Below are positions 1-9,389 of a stretch of 64,000 bases of DNA, piece after piece. Under the pieces are notes generated by a model that saw only the letters and a list, made by a program, of their open reading frames with translations, did not search any database and was not told where the DNA came from. Each line of letters opens with the position of its first letter. The stretch's first letter is position 1. The translations under genes and the position numbers were made by a program. Source of the DNA: Bdellovibrionales bacterium (lineage in GTDB: Bacteria > Bdellovibrionota > Bdellovibrionia > Bdellovibrionales > UBA1609); NCBI GenBank assembly GCA_041690295.1, contig JAWLHR010000008.1:32001-96000 (forward strand), in the 5' to 3' direction.

Positions 1-174
1 TTTGACATTTTGCTTTTTCCCCACCGTTTACGAGCGACCCTCGACGCCCGAAAAAGTTTACCCTTTTGCTTGAAAGCATCCGTTATGGAAGACGAGCGAG
101 GGAGCGTCAATTGGCCATTGGTGCCGACACGGGGCCAGTAAAAAAGTTTCTTACCGTTTTGAAAAAAGTAACGA

Positions 175-1674
175 CTAGCGAATCAGGCGACCTTCGCAGG
201 CCGCTTTAAGTTTGCGCAACTTTCGCACATTCGGCTTTTGAAAATCCGCCGAGAACGGTTTTTGTGAGATCTCAACCGAGATGACATCCGTCTCATTGAA
301 CCGGAGTTCTCTTCCATGGCTGTTCACCTCGGGACTGTCATAATCCAGCGTGCTGCCGTTGGCCGCGATGATTTCGCGGTAATGGTGATCCAGAAAGCGC
401 ATGGGCCGAGGCGGCTCTTCCGCCACGGCCTTCAGCATGGTTCTGATGATGGGGAAGAAATTCATGTTGGCGCGAATGCTGTGATCGGGACCGAGCACCA
501 CAAGATCCGTACGGAAGATCTTCGGTGCCGCGGTCTTGATCGTCCGCAGAATCAAATCCGTTTGCGCGGCCGTGAGATCCGGGCCTTGAACGGTGTGCAC
601 GAAGACGGCTTTACGTCCGGCTATTTCGACAAGAGTCAACCCCAGGTAGCCCAGGGAGTGGCCATCTTGGTCAAAAATGTAATAGTAGCGGTCAAAGGGA
701 TTCAGAGCGAACCCGGGGGAGAAGGACGTGGAGCAGTCATTGCCCACATAACCTCGAAAAATTCCCACATTCGGATGCACTTCCTTGATGTGCAATTGAT
801 CACCCACATTCAGTGTCTGGTCGATTGGTTCGGAAAATACATTTTCACTGATGGCTTTATGGACCTTGTCCAAAGTGTCGGTTGTGATTTTAACTTTCAA
901 CCGGGACAGCAGCGGCTTGTAAACCTGGGCGTCTTGCATGAAATCCAGGGCCCCGACTTCAAGGTCCCGCAGCCGCGACATTAAGACCGCGGCCGGCCGT
1001 CTTTGCTTGGGCGTGTTCAGGATCCCACCGATGATCAGATAACCGCTGAGAAGCGTATGGAACTCCTGCATGGCGCGGAGAGAGGGCAACGCACGGTGCA
1101 CGGCCGCCGCTTCCAGTTCCGCGGCCAGGCGATCGAGGATTTGCTTTTTTGATGAGCGATGGCTTGCGACCTGTAAAGCCAGCGATTGCCACTTGATCTT
1201 CCACATGTTCCAGCGTCGCTTGTTGAGCTGGATGGAGTTCTCGCTTTCAATGGGACGAATCACCGTGACCGAGATGTCGGTGAGCGGCTCGCGCTCGGAC
1301 CAATCCTTGTAAAATTCCGGATGTTTTGAAAGCTCAATTAAAAGCTTTTGTTGAATGTATGAAAGCTTGGAGAGCCCGGCGTAATAGCTCAGGTGTTCGT
1401 AGCGAATGGCTCCGGGGAAGGCGCGTTCATGCTCTTCGAGAAGGGATTTGATGTACGCATCGGCGTTTCGGTAATCCCTTTGCAAAACCGTGCTGGGAAA
1501 ACGGATGGTCTGTGGTTTGGAGGTGGTCGCGCGAAGCGGTTGGGGAACAACCAAAAGGCCGGCGGCCAAAACAAAAATATCGGTGATCATGGACAGCCAA
1601 CCAATTAAAGGAAATTTATTTTTATTGCAAAGTCTTGATCGCCGAGCGACCGACCGATTGTAAAAGTTCATCAT
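175..1674 (-). CDS. Exported protein, RGxVGxDCS family paralogue 1, C-terminal CEGRL tag
   Basis: Hydrophobic N-terminal segment ending PLRA (alternative start ATG at 1590). Motif EVHPNVGIFRGYVGNDCSTS shared with three neighbours. Ends ACEGRLIR. Confidence 0.8.
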   Translation of the reverse strand: MMNFYNRSVARRSRLCNKNKFPLIGWLSMITDIFVLAAGLLVVPQPLRATTSKPQTIRFPSTVLQRDYRNADAYIKSLLEEHERAFPGAIRYEHLSYYAGLSKLSYIQQKLLIELSKHPEFYKDWSEREPLTDISVTVIRPIESENSIQLNKRRWNMWKIKWQSLALQVASHRSSKKQILDRLAAELEAAAVHRALPSLRAMQEFHTLLSGYLIIGGILNTPKQRRPAAVLMSRLRDLEVGALDFMQDAQVYKPLLSRLKVKITTDTLDKVHKAISENVFSEPIDQTLNVGDQLHIKEVHPNVGIFRGYVGNDCSTSFSPGFALNPFDRYYYIFDQDGHSLGYLGLTLVEIAGRKAVFVHTVQGPDLTAAQTDLILRTIKTAAPKIFRTDLVVLGPDHSIRANMNFFPIIRTMLKAVAEEPPRPMRFLDHHYREIIAANGSTLDYDSPEVNSHGRELRFNETDVISVEISQKPFSADFQKPNVRKLRKLKAACEGRLIR

Positions 1675-1685
1675 TCGCCAAGAGA

Positions 1686-2807
1686 TTAGTCGTCATCGCC
1701 AAAAAACAAACCCCATAATCCAAAGAATCCGGAACCGGGTTTTTCAGGCCGCTGATTTCGTTTTGGCGGCGCGGGGGGTGGGGGCGGCGCCGGCGCCGGC
1801 AGATTCTGTCCTTCGACGGCGAACCGGAAACTCAGATTCTCCTCGGCCAACGGTGCGGCGGTCATCCGCACCCGGGCCGAATAACCCACGACTTCGGTGA
1901 TCAGGCGCGCGGCCTGAACGTAGTAATCCCAGTTCATATTTTTGATCGTGTCTTTTGGCCCATGATTGTACGGATTCTCGAACTGCGAGCCGTAGGGTCT
2001 GGCCATTAAAATCGCCGGCTGATCCTCTTCCCAATAGACTCCGTGATCGGCCGCTTCCGGATCGATGCGATGAATTTCAGAAGCGACTTTCAGTCCGCGG
2101 TCCACGGGTAAGCGGCGAAGCTGATAGAAGATTTCCCGCGCGAGCGGAAGGTTGTCCTCGCGATCGCCAACTTCGGCGACGATCACCGGCTCGCGGTGCT
2201 TCGGAAAATAACCGATGGCATCGACAATGAGCACGCCGATGAGCTTTCTTGGATCATTCTCCAATTGTCGGGCATGGTGTCTCGCGCCCGCGCCGTCAAC
2301 TTCTTCCAGGTCATGAAAGATCAAGCGCACGGTCCGGCCGGGCGGGTGATGGCGAAACAGCTCCGCCAGATGCAACACAAGGGCGACGCCCGCGCCATTG
2401 TCATCGGCGCCGGTTTCAACCGCATCATAGTGGGCGCCGATTTCCAAAATCTCATCCGGGGTTTCGAGGCCGGGGATTTCAACCACCACGTTCGCCCCTT
2501 CAAGAAAAGTTTCAAAGGTGGCCGAATAGCCAAGCTGCCTTAAATGTTCCGCGATCGAGAGACGGGCGATCTCCCGGCTCAGTTTATTCGATCGCTCTTC
2601 AAGACGAACGCCACCCCATAAGGCCTTATCTCCGCTTATGAAGGCGATATGACTGCGCAATCGATCCGGATTCACTTTGTTGGCGAAGGCGTAGGCGGCA
2701 TGAACTTTTGGATCAGGCTGCTCCTGTACCAGGACCGGTTCACAGGGTTCTTCGATATGGGCCTGCGCCACGGCCACGAACAAAGACAAAAGTAAGTGAA
2801 GAACCAT
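1686..2807 (-). CDS. Exported M28 family metallopeptidase, N-terminal CEPVL tag
   Basis: Start re-assigned to ATG 2807 (GGGAG upstream; signal peptide MVLHLLLSLFVAVAQA). M28 motifs GAHYD, GADDNGAG, DLEE, YNHGPKDT. Pro-rich tail. Confidence 0.85.
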   Translation of the reverse strand: MVLHLLLSLFVAVAQAHIEEPCEPVLVQEQPDPKVHAAYAFANKVNPDRLRSHIAFISGDKALWGGVRLEERSNKLSREIARLSIAEHLRQLGYSATFETFLEGANVVVEIPGLETPDEILEIGAHYDAVETGADDNGAGVALVLHLAELFRHHPPGRTVRLIFHDLEEVDGAGARHHARQLENDPRKLIGVLIVDAIGYFPKHREPVIVAEVGDREDNLPLAREIFYQLRRLPVDRGLKVASEIHRIDPEAADHGVYWEEDQPAILMARPYGSQFENPYNHGPKDTIKNMNWDYYVQAARLITEVVGYSARVRMTAAPLAEENLSFRFAVEGQNLPAPAPPPPPAPPKRNQRPEKPGSGFFGLWGLFFGDDD

Positions 2808-2947
2808 TCCCGCTCCCGGTGGTAAGGCGGCCTTTATACTGGGAGCAAGGCAGGCATGCAACTTGGTACTATTTACCAGTTTCTGTAGAAATTGTAGGAA
2901 GCGGTCCGCCCGTTGCCCAAATTCAACCGCTTTGTTACCTGACTGAA

Positions 2948-4612
2948 ATGCGAAAAATCCTTCTCTTTGTAACCTTGTGGTTCTCGTTTGCCGCCGTCGC
3001 GAATGAAAAAACATGTGAAGATCAACTGACCGGTGTCACGGACGAAAGAGTCTTGCAGGCTCACGCCATCGCTTCCCTTCTCGATACTGGGGAGATGCGC
3101 GAGTACTTGAAATTGCTCACGGGTGAAAAACCACTGCCGACGGGTCTTCTGCTTCACGCCCGCAACACCCGAGAGACCCGCGCGATCGCCCGTTTACATC
3201 TCAAGCGCATGATCGAAGAGATGGGATACAAAGTTGAGATTGATAGCTTCGATAATGGCGCGAATGTGATCGTGGAGATCCCTGGAAAAAGCAGGAACCA
3301 CGAAATCATTGAGGTCACCGCTCATTATGATTCAGTTGTCACCGGCGCCGATGATAACGGCGGCGGCACCGTCCTTTTGTTGGGTATGTTGAAGCTCTTT
3401 AAGAATGTAGAGCACGAGCGCCGGCTGCGATTCGTTTTCATGGATCTTGAAGAGCAAGGGATGCAGGGAAGCCGTTATCATGCCGAGCGTGTGGCCCGAA
3501 CCATGAATGATGAAAACAAACTGGTGGGAGCCATCGTGGTGGACACGATCGGATGGGCGCATCCGGAGAGTCAAACTTATCTCGGTGTGATGGAAGTCGG
3601 ATGGGAGTTTGATCAGGACCATGCCCGCATCGAGTTCGCCAAGGACCTCAATTATGTCATCCGGCGTGTGGGATCCCGTGACGGTCTTATTATTTCGGTT
3701 GAAACGGATCAAGCGAAGCCATTCACGACCGATCTGGGATCGTACTGGACTCATAAACTGCCCGCGGTTTTGGTGGCCGCGCCCTATGAGTTGGGATTTG
3801 TTAATCCGTACTACCATACAGTGAGGGATACGATCGCCAATATGAACTGGGACTACTATCGACGAATGGCCATGACCATCGTCGAAATGACCGCCTACGT
3901 CTCTCATATGAAATTGAAGAATCCGGAATTGATTTCCCCCAAAGGGTGGGAGTTGCTGGCGGAGCTGGAACATAGAGACGTGGATCGGCGGACTTTCCAA
4001 TTGGATCCCTCGGTGGATCGCAGTGTATCGCTGAGTCCGGAGCTGCGTTTTGTGACCACCAAGGCGAAGAAAACCGAAAAGTCGAAAAAGCGGAAGAAGC
4101 GCAAAAAACAGGAAGTCATTAATCATGTGCCAGCTGACAGGCCGGTTTCAGATCCTGATTACACACCACCTCTTTATATAGAGCGGTATATCGATGAGAT
4201 TCGGAAAACTCCGGGTGAAGAACTTTTCTTCATCGTTTTCCCGGCGGATCAACAAAAGTATCTCCATGGCTTTGTCATGGCCGGATCGAAAATGCTGGAT
4301 TTGCATTACGACTCGTTTGCGACCTACAAGATGATCTACGACGAAGTTCGGGCGCGGAGAGGAACGGTTTACGGCGTAAAAACCCCTTTCACGGCAGCAA
4401 GACGTCGAATGGAGAACGAGGATTTCTTCCTGCGCACGTTGGAGATTTATAAAAGCGACGAATTCGACGGCGTCAAATTTATTTCAGGTATCGGGGAAGT
4501 GCAGTTTTATAGGATGTATCTGACAATGGATTTGTCGTGGGTGGTTTCAGGCAATGCCTTTGAGAAATTATCCGTTGATAAGCCGCAACTCCCGTTGCCC
4601 TTCGAAGACTAA
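2948..4612 (+). CDS. Exported M28 family metallopeptidase with C-terminal extension, N-terminal CEDQL tag
   Basis: Start re-assigned to ATG 2948 (signal peptide MRKILLFVTLWFSFAAVA). Motifs TAHYD, GADDNGGG, DLEE, YYHTVRDT. Lys-rich linker, then an unknown domain. Confidence 0.85.
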   Translation: MRKILLFVTLWFSFAAVANEKTCEDQLTGVTDERVLQAHAIASLLDTGEMREYLKLLTGEKPLPTGLLLHARNTRETRAIARLHLKRMIEEMGYKVEIDSFDNGANVIVEIPGKSRNHEIIEVTAHYDSVVTGADDNGGGTVLLLGMLKLFKNVEHERRLRFVFMDLEEQGMQGSRYHAERVARTMNDENKLVGAIVVDTIGWAHPESQTYLGVMEVGWEFDQDHARIEFAKDLNYVIRRVGSRDGLIISVETDQAKPFTTDLGSYWTHKLPAVLVAAPYELGFVNPYYHTVRDTIANMNWDYYRRMAMTIVEMTAYVSHMKLKNPELISPKGWELLAELEHRDVDRRTFQLDPSVDRSVSLSPELRFVTTKAKKTEKSKKRKKRKKQEVINHVPADRPVSDPDYTPPLYIERYIDEIRKTPGEELFFIVFPADQQKYLHGFVMAGSKMLDLHYDSFATYKMIYDEVRARRGTVYGVKTPFTAARRRMENEDFFLRTLEIYKSDEFDGVKFISGIGEVQFYRMYLTMDLSWVVSGNAFEKLSVDKPQLPLPFED

Positions 4613-6798
4613 GACGCGGAAAGCAGCGATTCGCACTCAGACGATAAAATTCTCAAGACTTCAGAGATCTGGCCTTGCTCATCATTCGTTAACTGAGGAT
4701 CCTCGGCCTTGGCCTTCACCATGGGAATCAGATCTTTCAAATCGAGGTTCGAGAAGTTGATTCCCCGCGAGTGAATCAAAACCAGCTTTCGATAATCTTC
4801 GGGCGTTCCGTTAAGCAGCTGGACGATGAAATTTCTAAAGCTGGTTGAGGATTCAAAGAGAGACGGGTTCATGCCGATGGCGACCAAGGCCAAGTAAGGC
4901 CTGGGCCAGCGTTTAAGCATGGCGATGGTGAATTGGACGGTCTTCTTGAGCAAAGCCTGATTGGTGGTCGTGGTGGCGTCAGGGCTTTGCAGATGTCCTT
5001 CGTAAAACAGGTAAGGCCGGGATTCGATCAGGTCATCGGTGAGTTCGATGTCCAATTCTTGAAACGCTTGCCTGATCGTTTCGTAATAGGAGGCCAGCGG
5101 TTGCAAGTGCGGGTTTCGCAAGTGATCCTGGATGGGGAGCAACCGTCCCGACCTCAATTGGATGTTGTATGGCTGGAGAATCGCGGCGGCCACTTGTCGC
5201 CGGAAGCCGTAATTCAAGGCACCTCCGTTACCAAGGTGCGCGCGAATATCCATAATCACTTGCTCCAAGTGATTGTGCGCGGTGCTGTTTTCTTGGCTGG
5301 CCAAGAGATCCAATGCCGCGAGAATCGCTTCGCGAGGACCGATAGGCTTTTTGCGATCGACAAAACCACCCAGCGATGAGGGGCTGGTTTGAATCCGAAC
5401 GGAATCAAAAAATGATCGATCCAAGAGGACCTCGTGACCGACTCTGTTTTTGTCGGGACTGTCATAATCCGGGACGAACCTGATTTCTGACGTCAACTGG
5501 GCCAGCTGATCTCTTAAGGCGGCATCGGGATAATCGAGCTTATGAGTTTGGTCGCTCAATATCTCATAAAGAAGGTTATGAAGGGCCACGTAATTGATGT
5601 TGCGATAAATGACGGATTTTTGGGGTAAGAGAATTTCTCCGTAACCCAAATCCTTGGCGGCCTTTCGTAAACCATGGAGCGCCAAGAGCACGTGCCTTCG
5701 CGAAATCGAGGGTCCGCTAATGGAATGGATATAAAAGTATCTCCTGGAGTTTTCTTCGGTTCGAACCACTGTGCCTTGCAAATAGCCGAGCAGTTCTCCC
5801 TGGTGGGAATAAACAAAGAACGTGCGTTCCTGGGGCATGTAAACGAACGGGAAGGATGTTGAAGTAGAACAGTCCCCGCCCACAAGTCCGCGCCATACGC
5901 CGATCTGAGGAGGAACCTCAATGAGTTTGAGCGCGAGCCGCTGATCCTCTTTCGCCTCGCCGGTTTTACTATAGAATTGAGCGCGCAGACTTTCGCGCAC
6001 GGTTTGCGCATAGGCCAGAAGTTCCGGCGAGGCTTCGAGTTCGGCCTCGGTCAGCACTTCGGACCAAAGGGTCTCATCGTCGCCGAAAAGCTCTTCACAG
6101 TTCGTTGAACGGTGCCGCTCACCGCAGACTCTCATTAAATAGGAGGCAAACGCCAGTTGATTGTTGTTCCATTTCTTGGCCAATTCGATGGCTTCCGACC
6201 ATTCCAAAGATTCAAGGCCATAGCGTGAGGCCTTGAATTTCTGACGGAATGATTCCGCATTGACCGGATGTTTGCTCAGAAATTCCAGTCGCTCGTTAAG
6301 ATTTTTGATCCGAAAACCCTTGGTTTTGAGTTCGCCGGCGTAAAGACTCATCATTCCCGTGATCAAACCATTCAGTTTTTCTTGAACCAGGTTAGGGGCC
6401 TCAGCCCACCAGTCTCTATCCACTGGCCGCGGACCAAGCGCGCGGCGCAGCTCATCCGCGTCCACCCGCCGTCCCGATTCTTTGATCTTTATGGAAGTTG
6501 AGATGGCAATCTCCATAAGGGGCGGGCGCTTCGCGGCCAACACCACAAATTCGTGATTGTTCCGCAACCAATTCACCAGGCCGTTTTGACTATTGATGAT
6601 GGCCAGAAAATCGACATCGTATTCCGCGCCTTGTTCGAACAAAGTGGGAATCACCTGCTGTAGGTAGAGCAAATATTGAACCTGTTCGTCGATCGTGGTG
6701 ATGGGATTGGGTAAACGGTCTTTGGCGATGACGCATGTCGACGACAGGCTGGCAATAAAAATGGCGATCGAAATTAAAAATCGCAATAGGGGCTCCAT
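4609..6798 (-). CDS. Exported protein, RGxVGxDCS family paralogue 2, C-terminal CESLL tag
   Basis: Signal peptide-like N-terminus; EVPPQIGVWRGLVGGDCSTS; ends ECESLLSAS. Confidence 0.85.
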   Translation of the reverse strand: MEPLLRFLISIAIFIASLSSTCVIAKDRLPNPITTIDEQVQYLLYLQQVIPTLFEQGAEYDVDFLAIINSQNGLVNWLRNNHEFVVLAAKRPPLMEIAISTSIKIKESGRRVDADELRRALGPRPVDRDWWAEAPNLVQEKLNGLITGMMSLYAGELKTKGFRIKNLNERLEFLSKHPVNAESFRQKFKASRYGLESLEWSEAIELAKKWNNNQLAFASYLMRVCGERHRSTNCEELFGDDETLWSEVLTEAELEASPELLAYAQTVRESLRAQFYSKTGEAKEDQRLALKLIEVPPQIGVWRGLVGGDCSTSTSFPFVYMPQERTFFVYSHQGELLGYLQGTVVRTEENSRRYFYIHSISGPSISRRHVLLALHGLRKAAKDLGYGEILLPQKSVIYRNINYVALHNLLYEILSDQTHKLDYPDAALRDQLAQLTSEIRFVPDYDSPDKNRVGHEVLLDRSFFDSVRIQTSPSSLGGFVDRKKPIGPREAILAALDLLASQENSTAHNHLEQVIMDIRAHLGNGGALNYGFRRQVAAAILQPYNIQLRSGRLLPIQDHLRNPHLQPLASYYETIRQAFQELDIELTDDLIESRPYLFYEGHLQSPDATTTTNQALLKKTVQFTIAMLKRWPRPYLALVAIGMNPSLFESSTSFRNFIVQLLNGTPEDYRKLVLIHSRGINFSNLDLKDLIPMVKAKAEDPQLTNDEQGQISEVLRILSSECESLLSAS

Positions 6799-6971
6799 CC
6801 GGCCGCGGGCTCGAAATCGTTTGTTTTTAATTGCCGTGGCTTATCAGCAACCGAGTCGGGTATCAATGTGAACTTCCCCCCAATCTTGCGAACATGAAAA
6901 AATTCACATTTTCCGATGGCCGCTAAGTGTGCTAGCGCTCGCCTATTCTCAGGGTATGGAGATCTAAATAA

Positions 6972-9389
6972 ATGCGGCTTGCTTCTTGCCTCCGCCTTTT
7001 GGTGCTGGGGTTTATTTTATCCATTGGCGTTTCTCTTCACGCCAAGATGGATTTACCGCCGATTCTGAACACTCAGGAAGAGTTTGCGGAATACGAGCGC
7101 ATGATTCGCACCTTGATTCCTGAAACCGGTGTGAAACGAAACTTTCCTATCAGTGTTATCGATTTGATATCAATGGAGCAAAACCTGCTGCGGCACCTGT
7201 TAGCGGATCCGGAATACGTCGCCGCGGCCGAGGCTCGCCCGCCGCTACAGACCTTGCGATTTCAAGAGATCAAAATGGAATCCGTGCGGGGAATGGGGGC
7301 CAATCCCCAATGGGATAAGTTTTTGGAAGCGCACGGATATGATCCTCAACTGAATGAAGAGCAAGCCCAAAAAGAGCTTCTTTCGCTGTTTCATAGATGG
7401 TCGACTTTTTCCGCCAATGGCTTTTTCTCCGGTTGGGCCGCGCTTCTCCGCGGTGAGATCAAGGAGATCCTTCGCGAACCCGATCTCATTGAGCGCTGGC
7501 GGAGACTCAAAGCCGTTTTGACCGAAAAAGATCCAGCGGTGGTGCGCAACTTCAAAGCTGAGCGCTACGGGATCACGTCGCCGGATTGGACATTAAATGA
7601 TCTTGATGCGGTTGTCGAAAGGCTCAATGAACTGGAATCCCGCATTCTGGTTTTGCTGCAGCGTCTGAACCAGGACCTTCCCTTTCGTGATCGTTTCACC
7701 ACTCACGGAATTGAACATAACGCCGGCAATCTGCTGAGCGGGCTTTCCGCGCGGGCTCTTCGCCTTTACGCCGATCCGGACATGGAGATCGTGCAGAGAA
7801 CCGTCACCAAGGAACTCATCTTGCGCGAGGTTCCTCCCACGCTGGCGATTTATCGGGGTGTCGTCGGTAACGACTGCTCAACCGAGCGTTCGTTCGCTTA
7901 CCCGTACAGTCCCTATGAGCGCGTGTGGTGGGTGGAGAAATCCGACGGCACTCGGTTGGGATACGTTTCGGGTAACATAACATTAGTTGAAGATAGGCCG
8001 TCGCTATTCATCCGCGATGTTCAGGTTCCAGGGCTGCACGGAGACGATGCGGCGATTGATCTGATCCTCGCCGGATTTTACCTCGCCCGTCCGTACTATG
8101 GCGTGAATCAGATGACCGTGATGAATACCAATTTCACCTTTCAGAATAATTTATCTAGCCACAGGGAGAAATTGGTTCAGCTTTTAGGGGCGACATCCGA
8201 GCCCGTCCAACAAAAATTCCAGGATGAAAGGTGGCGTGAGGGCATCTTGAAATCAATGGTCCGTGCGGACGGCTATGATGGGAGCAAAATCCACGCGCAA
8301 GTTCGTCGGGTGTTTTATTCGCCTGAAACGCTTGAGAAGTACCAGGTGCAAAGAACATCCGGTGGCGCGGTTGAAGCGATCGATCCACAGGAGTCGCCGG
8401 AACAATTTTGGGAGATTCTTGCATCAGCCACCATGAATCAGGATCCGTTCATTTTGCAAGCCGCGGTCAAAACGCCGGAGGAGATCTCCTGGAAAAACAT
8501 CATCAACTTGTTTTGGAACCGCGATCGGCTGCCGGTGGAACTTTTTTACGGCTCGGTGGAATTGGCTCTGCGGCAGGTGAATCTTCCGGTCAGCCGGAAT
8601 CTGATGCGCAAATTCGAATCCGTTTTCGCCAACGGCCACTTGGCGGCCCCGGATGCGTTCGAGGGCGAGAAGAACACCCGTCAAAGCATTCGGTTCGTCA
8701 TGGATGCCATTTGGCGCTCACGGGATATGAAGCGGGCCACGGAACTGGTTCAGAAGTACCTTGAGCCGCTCGAAGAGCATGATCTGATGGTCCGAAACGC
8801 CCGCAGCTTGTTTGAACGCCGGCAACCCGAGGACGTCGCGCGAATCGAAGCTCTGCTTGCCGCCGGTTATCGATTTCGTCGCCAGCTTCTCGGGCAACGG
8901 GACTGGTTGTGGCTGGCTCAAGTGGTTAACTCGGAAGAACATAAGCTTTGGGCGATTTCGCATTTAATACCAAACGAAAATTTCGTGAACGTGGGCGACC
9001 TCATTCCTGGGGTGATCGAAGTTTTGGCGCCACTGTTGAATAATGAAGACGAAGCGGTGCCGGAAGAGTTCAGTATCAAGGCCGCGGCGATTTTGTTTCG
9101 AATCGTCGGCGCCGGTGCGGTCTCGCCCGAAGTTCAGGCGGAAATGGAAGAGACAATTCAATTCGAAGAGAACTTGCAGATTCTATTCCCCATCGCCGTG
9201 GCGTACCTGCGGGATTACGTAACGACGCCGGAGCAAAGGGCCAATCCGAAATCGGTCTGGAATATGGCTTTTCAGGTCGTCCATAAGGAAGCCAAGAATC
9301 GAGAATTGGATAAAGTGTGGCGCGGGGAAGCCGCCAAAATTTTGCGACAATACAAATCCGAATGTGAAAATCTTCTGACTGGTGCGTGA
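6972..9389 (+). CDS. Exported protein, RGxVGxDCS family paralogue 3, C-terminal CENLL tag
   Basis: GGAG RBS; signal peptide ending SLHA; EVPPTLAIYRGVVGNDCSTE; ends ECENLLTGA. Confidence 0.85.
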   Translation: MRLASCLRLLVLGFILSIGVSLHAKMDLPPILNTQEEFAEYERMIRTLIPETGVKRNFPISVIDLISMEQNLLRHLLADPEYVAAAEARPPLQTLRFQEIKMESVRGMGANPQWDKFLEAHGYDPQLNEEQAQKELLSLFHRWSTFSANGFFSGWAALLRGEIKEILREPDLIERWRRLKAVLTEKDPAVVRNFKAERYGITSPDWTLNDLDAVVERLNELESRILVLLQRLNQDLPFRDRFTTHGIEHNAGNLLSGLSARALRLYADPDMEIVQRTVTKELILREVPPTLAIYRGVVGNDCSTERSFAYPYSPYERVWWVEKSDGTRLGYVSGNITLVEDRPSLFIRDVQVPGLHGDDAAIDLILAGFYLARPYYGVNQMTVMNTNFTFQNNLSSHREKLVQLLGATSEPVQQKFQDERWREGILKSMVRADGYDGSKIHAQVRRVFYSPETLEKYQVQRTSGGAVEAIDPQESPEQFWEILASATMNQDPFILQAAVKTPEEISWKNIINLFWNRDRLPVELFYGSVELALRQVNLPVSRNLMRKFESVFANGHLAAPDAFEGEKNTRQSIRFVMDAIWRSRDMKRATELVQKYLEPLEEHDLMVRNARSLFERRQPEDVARIEALLAAGYRFRRQLLGQRDWLWLAQVVNSEEHKLWAISHLIPNENFVNVGDLIPGVIEVLAPLLNNEDEAVPEEFSIKAAAILFRIVGAGAVSPEVQAEMEETIQFEENLQILFPIAVAYLRDYVTTPEQRANPKSVWNMAFQVVHKEAKNRELDKVWRGEAAKILRQYKSECENLLTGA
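7819..7846 (+). repeat. 28-bp exact repeat shared by the tandem paralogues (second copy 10215-10242)
   Basis: TCTTGCGCGAGGTTCCTCCCACGCTGGC read at both positions. Confidence 0.9.

Noticed and set aside
2708..3014. Apparent head-to-head overlap of the two M28 ORFs
   Set aside because: Artefact of longest-ORF calling; the signal peptides begin at 2807 (-) and 2948 (+).
316..4126. Antisense ORFs 316..984 and 3332..4126
   Set aside because: They shadow well-supported genes on the other strand and have no recognisable motifs.
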